This document shows positions 10,000 to 20,243 of a stretch of DNA of 64,000 bases, in pieces (the first letter of the stretch is position 1; each line of letters begins with the position of its first letter). The notes beneath the pieces were generated by a model. That model was not told where the DNA came from. It saw only the letters and a program-made list of their open reading frames with translations, and ran no database searches. The position numbers and the translations under genes were made by a program. This DNA is from Bacteroidetes bacterium SCGC AAA795-G10 (lineage in GTDB: Bacteria > Bacteroidota > Bacteroidia > Flavobacteriales > Flavobacteriaceae). The stretch spans positions 1,429 to 65,428 of the forward strand of contig QFDA01000001.1 in NCBI GenBank assembly GCA_003130815.1. Direction: 5' to 3'.

Positions 10000-10783
10000 T
10001 CTTGAAGCAATTATTTTAGGATTAATTCAGGGGCTCACCGAATTTTTACCAATTTCCTCGAGTGGTCATTTAGAAATTGGCAAAACATTTTTTGGTAATA
10101 TTTACCAAGATTATGACGCCTTATTATTAACACTTGTCTTACATCTTGGTACGGCTTTTAGCACAATATTTGTGTTCAAAAAAGAAATATCTGAAATACT
10201 ATCCTCATTATTAAAATTGAAAAATGATAACAACACCCTTTTTACATTAAAAATTGCTGTTTCAATGATTCCTTCAGTAATAGTGGGAATTCTATTTCAG
10301 CAAAAAATTAAAATTTTATTTTCAAATAATTTAGTCTTGGTTGGAGTTATGTTTTTTATAACTGCTTTATTACTATATGTCACTGAAGACACAAAGAGTA
10401 AAATTAAAACAGTAAGTTTTAAAAATGCATTTGTATTGGGCTTAATTCAGGCAATTGCTATTTTACCTGGAATTTCAAGAAGTGGTTCAACAATTAGTAT
10501 GGCTTTGATTTTGGGTATCGATAAAGATAAAGCCGCTCAATTTTCATTTTTAATGGTACTCCCAGTAATATTTGGAAGTATTTTTAAACTATTTCTTGAT
10601 ATTGAAAAGACCTCCATAGATATAGATTATTTATCGCTAGGCATAGGATTTTTTACAGCTTTTATAAGTGGATTTTTTGCCTGTAAGTGGATGGTTTCCA
10701 TAGTTAGGAATAGTAAGTTAAAAAACTTTAGTTTTTACTGCATATTTGTTGGTGTTATTTCAATATTTTATGGACTTTTTTAA
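9992..10783 (+). CDS. uppP: Undecaprenyl-diphosphate phosphatase
   Basis: [26 protein letters not shown] and [10 protein letters not shown] motifs. The ATG at 9992 fits better than the upstream start in the track. Confidence 0.9.
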   Translation: [263 protein letters not shown]

Positions 10784-11507
10784 GCAAAAATTTAATTCTA
10801 AAAATATCCAAGAGGGGCAACTTTTTTTAATGGACAAGCCGATAGGTTGGACTTCTTTTCAGGTAGTTAATAAAATGCGATGGCATTTGAAAAATTTGAC
10901 TGGCCTGAAAAAAATAAAGATTGGACATGCAGGAACATTAGACCCTCTTGCATCTGGTTTATTAATTGTTTGTACCGGTAAAAAAACCAAATCAATTCAC
11001 TTATATCAAAACGAAATGAAAACTTATACTGGTACTTTCAGCTTAGGTGCATCAACACCATCGTATGATTTGGAAACTGAAATTGATAATATTTATCAAA
11101 CTAATCATATAACAAATGATATTATGCACGAAGTTGCGCAAACATTCATTGGTGAAATAAGTCAAATCCCACCTATTTATTCTGCTATAAAAATTAAAGG
11201 AAAAAGACTTTATTATTATGCAAGGAATAATAAATCAACAAAAATTAAAGCACGTAAAGTTTGTATATCAAAATTTGAAATAACAAATATCAATTTTCCA
11301 AAAGTTGATTTTTTAATTTCATGCAGTAAAGGAACATATATTAGGAGTCTAGCTCATGATTTTGGTAAGAAACTTTCTTCCGGAGCTTACCTTTCATCTT
11401 TAAAACGTATTCAGATTGGAAATAAAATTATCGATGACGCCTACTCTATGGAAAGCGTAATAAAAAGGTACTCTAAAAAAAATATAAAATGTGTAAAAGT
11501 TGATTAA
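10770..11507 (+). CDS. truB: tRNA pseudouridine(55) synthase
   Basis: [11 protein letters not shown] and the catalytic block [14 protein letters not shown]. The start at ATG 10770 overlaps the uppP end. Confidence 0.85.
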
Positions 11508-11529
11508 TTGAAACTTATTATATTGTTAT

Positions 11530-12495
11530 ATGTCTATTCAAAACCAATTCAAACAAAAGAAGCCTAAACAAAATTTAGAAATATTAAAAGGAATTCAAGA
11601 ACTTAAAAAGAAAAAAAATGCTGTTATACTTGCCCACTATTACCAAGAGAATTCCATACAAGAGATTGCAGATTTTTTAGGAGATAGTTTATATCTAGCA
11701 CAACAGGCTGCGAAAGTTAAAGAGGATATAATTGTTTTCGCAGGTGTTCATTTCATGGCAGAAACAGCAAAAATTATAAACCCAAAAAAAAAGGTACTTC
11801 TGCCCGACTTAAAAGCTGGTTGCTCGTTGGCTGATTCGTGTCCTCCAAAAGATTTTGCAATATTTAAAGCTAAATATCCAAATGCAGTTGTAGTTTCTTA
11901 TATTAACTGTTCAGCAGAAATAAAAACTTTAAGTGATCTTGTGTGTACGTCGAGTAACGCAAAAAAAATTATTGATAGTATACCCAAAGAAAAAGAAATT
12001 ATTTTTGCACCAGATAAAAATTTAGGAGCTTATTTGAATAAAGAAACAGGAAGAGAAATGATTTTATGGGAGGGTTCTTGTGCTGTTCATGAGGCGTTTT
12101 CGTTTGAAAAAATTTTAGACTTAGTGAAAAAATATCCAAAAGCAAAGTTTATTGCACACCCTGAAAGCAAATCGGCTATCTTGGAGATTACAAATTTCAT
12201 AGGAAGCACATCAGCTTTATTAAATTTTGTTCGAAATGATAATGCTTCACAATATATTGTTGCTACTGAAGTGGGTATTCTTCATCAAATGCAAAAATAC
12301 TGTCCTCAAAAATTATTTATTCCTGCACCTATAGAAGACGATACCTGTGCATGCAGTGAATGTGCATATATGAAATTAAACACTCTTGAAAAACTATATA
12401 ATTGTTTGGCTAATGAAAAGCCTGAAATTAACATGAAAACTAATATTTTAGATGCTGCTCGGCTTCCAATAGATAGAATGCTTGAATTAAGTTAA
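11530..12495 (+). CDS. nadA: Quinolinate synthase
   Basis: 321 aa with ILAHYYQ, GVHFMAE and VCTSSNA, typical of NadA. Confidence 0.9.
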   Translation: MSIQNQFKQKKPKQNLEILKGIQELKKKKNAVILAHYYQENSIQEIADFLGDSLYLAQQAAKVKEDIIVFAGVHFMAETAKIINPKKKVLLPDLKAGCSLADSCPPKDFAIFKAKYPNAVVVSYINCSAEIKTLSDLVCTSSNAKKIIDSIPKEKEIIFAPDKNLGAYLNKETGREMILWEGSCAVHEAFSFEKILDLVKKYPKAKFIAHPESKSAILEITNFIGSTSALLNFVRNDNASQYIVATEVGILHQMQKYCPQKLFIPAPIEDDTCACSECAYMKLNTLEKLYNCLANEKPEINMKTNILDAARLPIDRMLELS

Positions 12496-12497
12496 TT

Positions 12498-14084
12498 ATG
12501 TTAAATGATCTTCTTGTAATAGGCACTGGAATCTCAGGCTTGACATTTGCAATTAAAGTTGCTGAACAAAGTCCAAAGCTTAAAATAACAATTATATCGA
12601 AAGGGGACATGAGTGAGGGAAACACTCGCTATGCACAAGGTGGAATTGCAGTTGTAAGAAATTTAAAAGATGATTCAATCGAAAAACATATTCAAGACAC
12701 AATCATTGCAGGCGACGGTGAATGTGATAGCCATGTTGTTAAATTTGTTATTGAAGAGGCTAATGCACGATTAAATGAGTTGATAAATTGGGGGGCTGAG
12801 TTCGACAAAAATAAAGAGAAACTTGATCTAGGAATAGAAGGTGGACATTCAGAAAAAAGAATTGTACATTATAAAGATCAAACTGGTAAACAAATCCAAG
12901 ATGTTTTATCAAAAAAATTAAAAAGTTTTCCTAATATTAATCTTTTAGAAAACCACACTTTAGTAGATTTAATAACTGATCACCATTCAATAGAAAAGAA
13001 GGGTAGGTGTTATGGAGCATACGTAATTTCTCAAGAAAGAGAGGAAATTATAAAAATATGCTCAAAGATAACTGTGCTTTCAACTGGAGGTGCTGGAAGT
13101 CTCTACGCATATAGTACAAATCCTAGTACTGCTACTGGTGACGGTCTTGGAGCCGCATATCGTGCAAAAGTCAGAATGGACCGTTTAGCCTACGTTCAAT
13201 TTCATCCAACCGCTCTTCGAGATAGAGTAAATAATAATGTTTTTTTGATAACTGAAGCTGTTAGAGGTGCAGGAGGAATATTATTAAATAGCAAAAAAGA
13301 AAGGTTTATGTTAAAAATAGATAAAAGGGCAGAGCTTGCTCCGAGAGATATTGTTGCACGTGAAATTCATAAGCAGATAAAAGAACAAAAAGAAGATTTT
13401 GTTTGGCTTGATGGTTCAGAAATAGCAGTTGATGTTTGGAAGTCAAATTTTCCAACAATTTATAAAACTTGTATTTCTCAAGGAATCTTATTACCAAAAG
13501 ATCCTATTCCTGTAGTTCCTGCAGCACACTATTTTTGTGGAGGAATAAGAGTAAATGAAAATAGTGAGTCTGAATTAAAAGGCCTTTATGCTATTGGAGA
13601 GTGCAGTTCAACTGGACTTCATGGAGCAAATCGTTTAGCCTCAAATTCTCTTTTAGAGGCATTGGTATTTTCCCACAGAGCAGCTATACATTCAGTCAAA
13701 TCTTTACTAAACCCTTTGCCAAATGAAGAGTTTTACAAAGTTCTTCCCGCTTGGAATGGAGAAGGCTACTCAAAAAGTGATACCTTAAGGAACGTCGAAA
13801 AATTACGAAAAGAACTTCAAAAAAATATGACTCAACACGTTGGAATTTTTAAAACTCATGAAGGTTTAAAGTTAGCAGAACATAAAGTAAACAAAATCTA
13901 CATTCAAGTCAGTAAACTCTACAATGAAAAAAAACTAACTTATGGTTTGAGTGAATTAAGAAACTTGGTAAGTATTTCTTATTTAATAATAAAACAAGCT
14001 CAACAAATTAAAAAAAATAAAGGCGTTTTTTATATTCAAGATTATGATAAAAAATTTTATAAAACGTTACAAAAATCAACTTGA
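12498..14084 (+). CDS. nadB: L-aspartate oxidase
   Basis: FAD-binding GTGISGL, RYAQGGIA, HPTAL and GANRLASNSLLE blocks. Confidence 0.9.
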   Translation: MLNDLLVIGTGISGLTFAIKVAEQSPKLKITIISKGDMSEGNTRYAQGGIAVVRNLKDDSIEKHIQDTIIAGDGECDSHVVKFVIEEANARLNELINWGAEFDKNKEKLDLGIEGGHSEKRIVHYKDQTGKQIQDVLSKKLKSFPNINLLENHTLVDLITDHHSIEKKGRCYGAYVISQEREEIIKICSKITVLSTGGAGSLYAYSTNPSTATGDGLGAAYRAKVRMDRLAYVQFHPTALRDRVNNNVFLITEAVRGAGGILLNSKKERFMLKIDKRAELAPRDIVAREIHKQIKEQKEDFVWLDGSEIAVDVWKSNFPTIYKTCISQGILLPKDPIPVVPAAHYFCGGIRVNENSESELKGLYAIGECSSTGLHGANRLASNSLLEALVFSHRAAIHSVKSLLNPLPNEEFYKVLPAWNGEGYSKSDTLRNVEKLRKELQKNMTQHVGIFKTHEGLKLAEHKVNKIYIQVSKLYNEKKLTYGLSELRNLVSISYLIIKQAQQIKKNKGVFYIQDYDKKFYKTLQKST

Positions 14085-14913
14085 TTTTTTTATTGAAAAT
14101 GCACTAAATGAGGATATTGGAACGGGTGATCACACAAGTTTATCTTGTATTGATGCTCAAATCAAAAGCTCAGCAGAATTAATAGTTAAAGAATCTGGAT
14201 ACTTAGCAGGTATTTCTATTTCTAAATTAATTTTTGAACACTATGATCCAAGACTTGAAATTGAAATAATGATTGAAGATGGAAATAAAATAAAAAAAGG
14301 AGATATAGCTTTTAAAGTACATGGATCGGCTGTTTCTATACTTGCGACAGAAAGGTTAGTTCTTAACACTATTCAAAGAATGAGTGGTATTACAAGCTTT
14401 ACAAAAGATTTAAATAAGATGATAAAACATACTCCTTGCAAAATTTTAGATACAAGAAAAACAATTCCTAATTTTAGGTACGCTGAAAAATTAGCAGTTA
14501 TGATTGGTGGTGGAACCAATCACAGAATGGGCCTTTTCGATGCAATACTAATTAAAGATAATCATGTTGATTATTGTGGTGGAATGAAAAATACTCTAAA
14601 AAAAACTGAACAATATTTAAACAAACTTGGTAAGAAACTTGATGTCGTAGTTGAGTGTCGAAACCAAACAGAAATTGATTCAGCTGTTAATTTTGATTAT
14701 GTTGATAGAATATTACTAGATAATTATAATCCTTTAGAATTATCTGAAGCAGTATCATTTATCGACGGAAGAAAAGCAACCGAAGCATCAGGAAGAATAA
14801 AAAAGAAAAATATTGTAGAATACGCGGAAACAGGTGTGGATTTTGTTTCAATTGGGGAATTGACAAATAATGTAAAAAGTATTGACATGAGTTTGAAAGC
14901 AATAGCAATTTAA
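14044..14913 (+). CDS. nadC: Nicotinate-nucleotide diphosphorylase (carboxylating)
   Basis: ALNEDIGTGDHTS, ERLVLN, DTRKT and IKDNH motifs. It overlaps the nadB 3-prime end by 41 nt in another frame. Confidence 0.9.
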   Translation: MIKNFIKRYKNQLDFFIENALNEDIGTGDHTSLSCIDAQIKSSAELIVKESGYLAGISISKLIFEHYDPRLEIEIMIEDGNKIKKGDIAFKVHGSAVSILATERLVLNTIQRMSGITSFTKDLNKMIKHTPCKILDTRKTIPNFRYAEKLAVMIGGGTNHRMGLFDAILIKDNHVDYCGGMKNTLKKTEQYLNKLGKKLDVVVECRNQTEIDSAVNFDYVDRILLDNYNPLELSEAVSFIDGRKATEASGRIKKKNIVEYAETGVDFVSIGELTNNVKSIDMSLKAIAI

Positions 14914-14984
14914 TTTCATTTTTAAAACTTACTTTTTGTCAAAGATTGTATTTAACAATTTTAAAAGATTTCTTCTTTAATCTT

Positions 14985-14992
14985 TATATTTG
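14985..14992 (+). promoter_or_regulatory. Candidate Bacteroidota -7 box (TAnnTTTG) for pyrH-frr
   Basis: tatatttg lies 18 nt upstream of the pyrH ATG and matches the known Bacteroidota primary-sigma -7 consensus TAnnTTTG. Confidence 0.4.
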
Positions 14993-15010
14993 TTATTATC
15001 ATTATTTCAA

Positions 15011-15718
15011 ATGAAATACCAAAGAATTTTGCTAAAACTTAGCGGTGAAGCGCTAATGGGTAACCAAAGTCATGGAATAGATCCAAAACGTATTGACAAA
15101 TATGCTAAAGAAATAAAAAAGGTTTTTGATAAGGGAATTGAAATAGCAATAGTTATTGGTGGGGGTAATATATTTCGTGGAGTTTCAGGTTCAAGTAAGG
15201 GGATGGATCGGGTTCAAGCGGACTACATGGGAATGCTAGCTACAGTTATAAATGGTTTGGCATTACAAGGTGCTCTAGAAAACAATAATGTTCCTACTCG
15301 CTTACAAACAGCAATTAAAATTGAAGCCATTGCTGAACCTTTCATAAAAAGAAAGGCAACAAGACATTTAGAGAAAGGGAGGGTTGTAATTTTTGGTTCA
15401 GGAACAGGAAATCCTTATTTTACTACAGATTCTGCAGCAGTTCTAAGAGCAATCGAGATTAACGCGGATGTTATTTTAAAAGGAACAAGAGTGGACGGGA
15501 TATATAATGAAGATCCTGAGAAAAATATTAAGGCAACGAAGTTTGATAATCTTTCTTTTGATGAAGTTTTGAAAAAAGGCATTAAAGTTATGGATACCAC
15601 AGCCTTCACACTGAGTCAAGAAAATAAATTACCAATAATTGTTTTTGATATTAATACATCTAACAATCTATACAAGGTTATAAAAGGGGAAAATATTGGG
15701 ACAAGAGTAAACTTATAA
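15011..15718 (+). CDS. pyrH: UMP kinase
   Basis: [16 protein letters not shown]-terminus and the GGGNIFRG motif. Confidence 0.9.
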   Translation: MKYQRILLKLSGEALMGNQSHGIDPKRIDKYAKEIKKVFDKGIEIAIVIGGGNIFRGVSGSSKGMDRVQADYMGMLATVINGLALQGALENNNVPTRLQTAIKIEAIAEPFIKRKATRHLEKGRVVIFGSGTGNPYFTTDSAAVLRAIEINADVILKGTRVDGIYNEDPEKNIKATKFDNLSFDEVLKKGIKVMDTTAFTLSQENKLPIIVFDINTSNNLYKVIKGENIGTRVNL

Positions 15719-15728
15719 ATTTTATTAA

Positions 15729-16283
15729 ATGGAAGAATTAATGCAAATAATAATTGAGTCTGCAAAAGAAAATATGGATTCAGCATTAAAACATCTAGAA
15801 AGAGAAATGTTAAACATACGAGCGGGTAAAGCGAATCCTATAATGCTCAATGGCGTTAAAGTTGAATATTATGGGACACCAACGGTAATTTCACAAGTTG
15901 CAAATATTAATACACCTGACAGTAAAACTTTGGTAATTCAACCATGGGACAAATCAATATTAGGTGATGTTGAAAATGCAATTATGACGGCAAACATAGG
16001 CTTCAATCCAATGAATAATGGTGAGTCTATAATTATAAATATTCCGGCTCTAACAGAAGAAAGAAGGAAAGAATTAGTTAAAATCGCTAAATCTGAGACT
16101 GAGAGCGCTAAAATCTCAATTAGATCTGCAAGAAAAGAAGCTAATACTGAAATTAAAAAATCTGAAACTTCAGAAGATGTTCAAAAAAACTTTGAAATTG
16201 ACATTCAAATATTAACTGACGAATTTATTTCTAAAGCAGATGAAATTTTTAGTTTAAAAGAAAGAGAAATTTTAACAATTTGA
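15729..16283 (+). CDS. frr: Ribosome recycling factor
   Basis: 184 aa with LNIRAGKANP and LTEERRKELVK motifs, directly after pyrH. Confidence 0.9.
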   Translation: MEELMQIIIESAKENMDSALKHLEREMLNIRAGKANPIMLNGVKVEYYGTPTVISQVANINTPDSKTLVIQPWDKSILGDVENAIMTANIGFNPMNNGESIIINIPALTEERRKELVKIAKSETESAKISIRSARKEANTEIKKSETSEDVQKNFEIDIQILTDEFISKADEIFSLKEREILTI

Positions 16284-16309
16284 AAATAATTGATAGCTTG
16301 TAGGCTTGC

Positions 16310-18682
16310 ATGAAGAAAAAAAAACAATGGAATTTCTGGAGCTTAGTTGCTAGATTCATTCTTAGAAATCGTATCCTAATCTTATTGACTTTGATATCCA
16401 GTACCATTTTTTGGTCTACGCAATGGAAATTCATGCAATTTACTTATACTGAAGCTAATCTGCTGCCTGATAAACATCCAGAAAATATTATATACAAATC
16501 CTTCACAAGTATATTTGGCGAAGAAGGTAACGTTTTGGTAATAGCATTTCAAGAAAATGAATTTTATAAACCTGATAAACGTTATACTTGGAAAGATCTT
16601 AACAAAAGAATTGAAGAGTTTAAAGAAATTAATTTTGTCATATCAACTGAAAATATCAAAGATCTTAAAAAGAATGAAAAAGATAAGAGTTTTATTTTCA
16701 AAGAGGTTTCAAAACAATTTCCCATTGAAGCAAAAACTCCTGAAAAATTCAAAGAAAAACTTTTTCTAGAGCTACCATTTTATAAAAACTTATTATACGA
16801 TGAAAATACAAGTACAATTCGTTCTATAATTTATATGGATCCTAAAGTTGTTAATACAGCTGAAAGAAGAGATTTTATTTTTGACACTTTTATTCCATTA
16901 ATTAATGAATATGAAAAAAAATTAAGTACTAAAATATACATTTCCGGAATGCCCTATATAAGAACATTAAATGCTCAAAACATAGTAGATGAAATAGAAA
17001 TTTTCGTGCTAGGAGCTACATTAATAACATCGATAATTTTCTTTTTGTTTTTTCGCTCATTTCGAGCAACATTAATATCATTATTCGTAGTGGGTATAGG
17101 GGTGATGTGGGCGTTTGGAATATTAGGATGGCTAGGATATGAAATTACAGTTCTTACAGCATTAATACCTCCACTTATAATTGTAATTGGAGTCCCTAAT
17201 TGTATCTTTTTAATTAATAAATATCAACAAGAAATTGCAAAGCACAGAAATCAAGCAAAGTCTCTACAAAGAATGATTTCAAAAATTGGAAATGCAACCT
17301 TAATGACGAACCTAACAACAGCCTCTGGATTTGCGACCTTTATTCTTACAAATTCAAAAATTTTAAAAGAATTCGGTGTTGTAGCTTCTGTAAATATTAT
17401 TGTAATTTTTCTTCTATCTCTTTTAATCATTCCAATTGCATATAGCTTCATGGCTGTGCCAAACAAAAAACATCTAAGACATTTAAAGAATAAAACTGTT
17501 GATTTTTTTGTTACATGGATGGAAAAAACAGTTAGAAAAAAAAGAGTAAACGTATATTTAGTTTCTCTCTTAGGCCTAATAATTGGAATAACTGGTATTT
17601 ATCAAATTACAATTTCTGGAAGCCTTATTGAAGATATGCCCAAGAAAGCAGACTTTTTTAATGATATTTTATTTTTTGATGAGGTCTTTAATGGAATAGT
17701 TCCCCTAGAAATTTGGATTGATAGTAAAAGAGAGAAAGGTATTGTTAAACCTGCAACATTGAGGAGAATGAATGATTTGCATTCAACAATAGACGAAATT
17801 CCCGAACTGGCTTCCCCAATTTCAGTAGTCAACCTAATTAAATTTGCAAAACAGGCCTATTATAATGGTAATCCTAATTATTTTGCTCTTCCAACTTCAC
17901 AAGAAAATAGTTTTATTTATCCATACCTGAATAAATCAAATAATCATAATAAATTAATTGAGGGATATGTTGATTCTACAGGGCAATTTGGTAGAATAAC
18001 AACTTACATGAAGGATGTTAAAACTTCAAGAATGGAGAAAATTGAATCTGAATTGAATTCACTTATTGAGAAAATTTTTCCTAAAGATCGTTATGGAGTA
18101 AAAATTACAGGTAAATCGCTTTTATTTTTAAAAGGGACAAAATATTTGATAAATAATCTTGTCCTTTCACTTAGTCTAGCTATTTTATTGATAGCTATTT
18201 TTATGGCTTTTTTATTTAGATCCTTTAAAATGATTTTAATTTCATTAATTCCAAACCTGCTCCCATTAATTATAACAGCAGGTGTAATGGGCTTTACGGG
18301 AATTCCATTAAAACCCTCAACAATATTAGTCTTTAGTATTGCTTTTGGAATATCTGTTGATGACACGATACATTTTTTAGCTAAGTATCGTCAAGAACTG
18401 ATATCAAATGGCTGGAAAATAAATAGGGCAATTTTTGCTGCTTTAAGAGAAACAGGAATAAGTATGTTTTACACCTCCGTAGTGTTATTTTTCGGATTTT
18501 CAATATTTATGTCATCCAATTTTGGAGGTACACAGGCTTTAGGTGGACTAGTAGCTGTTACTTTAATGATGGCAATGCTAGCTAATCTAATTTTACTTCC
18601 ATCATTACTCATTTCACTGGAAGACTCGATTAGTAACGAAAAAGTGTTAAAAGAACCAAAACTTGAAATTCTTGATCAGTGA
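16310..18682 (+). CDS. RND-superfamily MMPL/SSD-type transporter
   Basis: 790 aa with two repeats of TM1, a large loop and a 5-TM bundle. No membrane-fusion or outer-membrane partner is adjacent. Confidence 0.65.
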   Translation: MKKKKQWNFWSLVARFILRNRILILLTLISSTIFWSTQWKFMQFTYTEANLLPDKHPENIIYKSFTSIFGEEGNVLVIAFQENEFYKPDKRYTWKDLNKRIEEFKEINFVISTENIKDLKKNEKDKSFIFKEVSKQFPIEAKTPEKFKEKLFLELPFYKNLLYDENTSTIRSIIYMDPKVVNTAERRDFIFDTFIPLINEYEKKLSTKIYISGMPYIRTLNAQNIVDEIEIFVLGATLITSIIFFLFFRSFRATLISLFVVGIGVMWAFGILGWLGYEITVLTALIPPLIIVIGVPNCIFLINKYQQEIAKHRNQAKSLQRMISKIGNATLMTNLTTASGFATFILTNSKILKEFGVVASVNIIVIFLLSLLIIPIAYSFMAVPNKKHLRHLKNKTVDFFVTWMEKTVRKKRVNVYLVSLLGLIIGITGIYQITISGSLIEDMPKKADFFNDILFFDEVFNGIVPLEIWIDSKREKGIVKPATLRRMNDLHSTIDEIPELASPISVVNLIKFAKQAYYNGNPNYFALPTSQENSFIYPYLNKSNNHNKLIEGYVDSTGQFGRITTYMKDVKTSRMEKIESELNSLIEKIFPKDRYGVKITGKSLLFLKGTKYLINNLVLSLSLAILLIAIFMAFLFRSFKMILISLIPNLLPLIITAGVMGFTGIPLKPSTILVFSIAFGISVDDTIHFLAKYRQELISNGWKINRAIFAALRETGISMFYTSVVLFFGFSIFMSSNFGGTQALGGLVAVTLMMAMLANLILLPSLLISLEDSISNEKVLKEPKLEILDQ

Positions 18683-18722
18683 TTCAAAAGAAGGGTTTTA
18701 AATTAACTTTATCAAATAAACT

Positions 18723-18730
18723 TATATTTG
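18723..18730 (+). promoter_or_regulatory. Candidate -7 box (TAnnTTTG) for asnS
   Basis: tatatttg lies 28 nt upstream of the asnS ATG. Confidence 0.4.
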
Positions 18731-18758
18731 TGTCGCATTATACTGATATAAATGTGAG

Positions 18759-20195
18759 ATGAAAGCAGTCAAAATTAAATATCTTCTAAATGAGTCAGCT
18801 AAAAGAAATTTGATTTATTCTGTTAAGGGATGGGTAAGAACTTTTCGAGCAAACAGATTTATTGCATTAAATGATGGCTCCTCTGTAGAAAATCTCCAAT
18901 GTGTAATTGATTTTGAAACTTTTGATGAGTCTAAACTTAAACTTATTACTACTGGTGCAGCACTTCATATAGAGGGTTTACTTACTAAAAGCCTAGGAAG
19001 TGGACAAAAGGTTGAATTAAATGTCAATAAACTGGATATAATAGGTGGTTGTGATCCTGAAAAATATCCTATACAACCAAAAAAACATAGCTTAGAGTAT
19101 TTAAGAGAAAAAGCTCATCTAAGAATCAGAACTACCACTTTTGCTTCTGTTATGAGAATTCGATCATCTCTTTCATTTCACATCCACAAATTCTTTCAAG
19201 AAAGAGGGTTCTACTACATAAATACACCAATAATAACCGGAACCGATGCGGAAGGTGCAGGTGAAATGTTCCGAGTAAGCACACTAAATCTAAAAAAAAC
19301 TCCTCTAAATGATTTCGGAAACGTTGATTTTAAAAAAGATTTTTTTGGGAAGGAAACAAATCTTACTGTCTCTGGTCAATTGGAAGCCGAAGCTTATGCT
19401 CTTGGCCTTGGTGAAGTTTATACATTTGGACCTACTTTTCGTGCAGAAAACTCAAATACTACAAGACATCTTGCAGAATTTTGGATGATAGAACCAGAAA
19501 TGGCATTCTATGATCTTGACGATAATATGGATTTAGCTGAAAAATTTGTAAAAAGCGTTTTAAGAGAGATTTTATCTAATTGTATCAATGACTTAAAGTT
19601 TTTAAATGAACGTCAACAAAAAGAAGATTTAAGTAAGCCTTCAAGTGAACGAAACCAAATGAGTCTTTTAGAGAAAATTAAATTTGTAGTTGAAAATAAT
19701 TTTGTTAGAATTAGCTATGATGAGGCTTTCAATATTCTTAGAGATTCAAAACCAAATAAAAAGAAAAGATTCAAATTCCCGATAAGTGATTGGGGCTCAG
19801 ATTTTCAAAGTGAGCATGAAAGATATCTTGTTGAAAAACATTTTAAATGCCCTGTTATAATTTTTAATTATCCAATCAACATTAAAGCATTTTATATGCG
19901 AAGAAACGACGACAATAAAACAGTAAGAGCAATGGATATACTTTTTCCTGGAATTGGAGAAATAGTCGGTGGCTCTCAAAGAGAAGAGCGTCTTAATATA
20001 TTAGAAAAGCGTATTACTGAAATGAAAATTAATCGTGAAGAATTATGGTGGTACTTGGATCTGAGAAGATTTGGAAGTGTACCACATAGTGGATTTGGAT
20101 TAGGCTTTGAAAGATTGGTTCAATTTGTAACAGGGATGAATAATATTAGAGATGTAATTCCTTTTCCACGAACACCTCAGAATGCTTCATTTTAA
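18759..20195 (+). CDS. asnS: Asparaginyl-tRNA synthetase
   Basis: Class IIb layout with an N-terminal OB fold, FRAENSNTTRHLAEFWMIEPE (motif 2) and GFGLGFERL (motif 3). Confidence 0.95.
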   Translation: MKAVKIKYLLNESAKRNLIYSVKGWVRTFRANRFIALNDGSSVENLQCVIDFETFDESKLKLITTGAALHIEGLLTKSLGSGQKVELNVNKLDIIGGCDPEKYPIQPKKHSLEYLREKAHLRIRTTTFASVMRIRSSLSFHIHKFFQERGFYYINTPIITGTDAEGAGEMFRVSTLNLKKTPLNDFGNVDFKKDFFGKETNLTVSGQLEAEAYALGLGEVYTFGPTFRAENSNTTRHLAEFWMIEPEMAFYDLDDNMDLAEKFVKSVLREILSNCINDLKFLNERQQKEDLSKPSSERNQMSLLEKIKFVVENNFVRISYDEAFNILRDSKPNKKKRFKFPISDWGSDFQSEHERYLVEKHFKCPVIIFNYPINIKAFYMRRNDDNKTVRAMDILFPGIGEIVGGSQREERLNILEKRITEMKINREELWWYLDLRRFGSVPHSGFGLGFERLVQFVTGMNNIRDVIPFPRTPQNASF

Positions 20196-20243
20196 AGGAT
20201 ATACATGAAATTGTATATATTTACAAGGATGTATTAATTGGAT

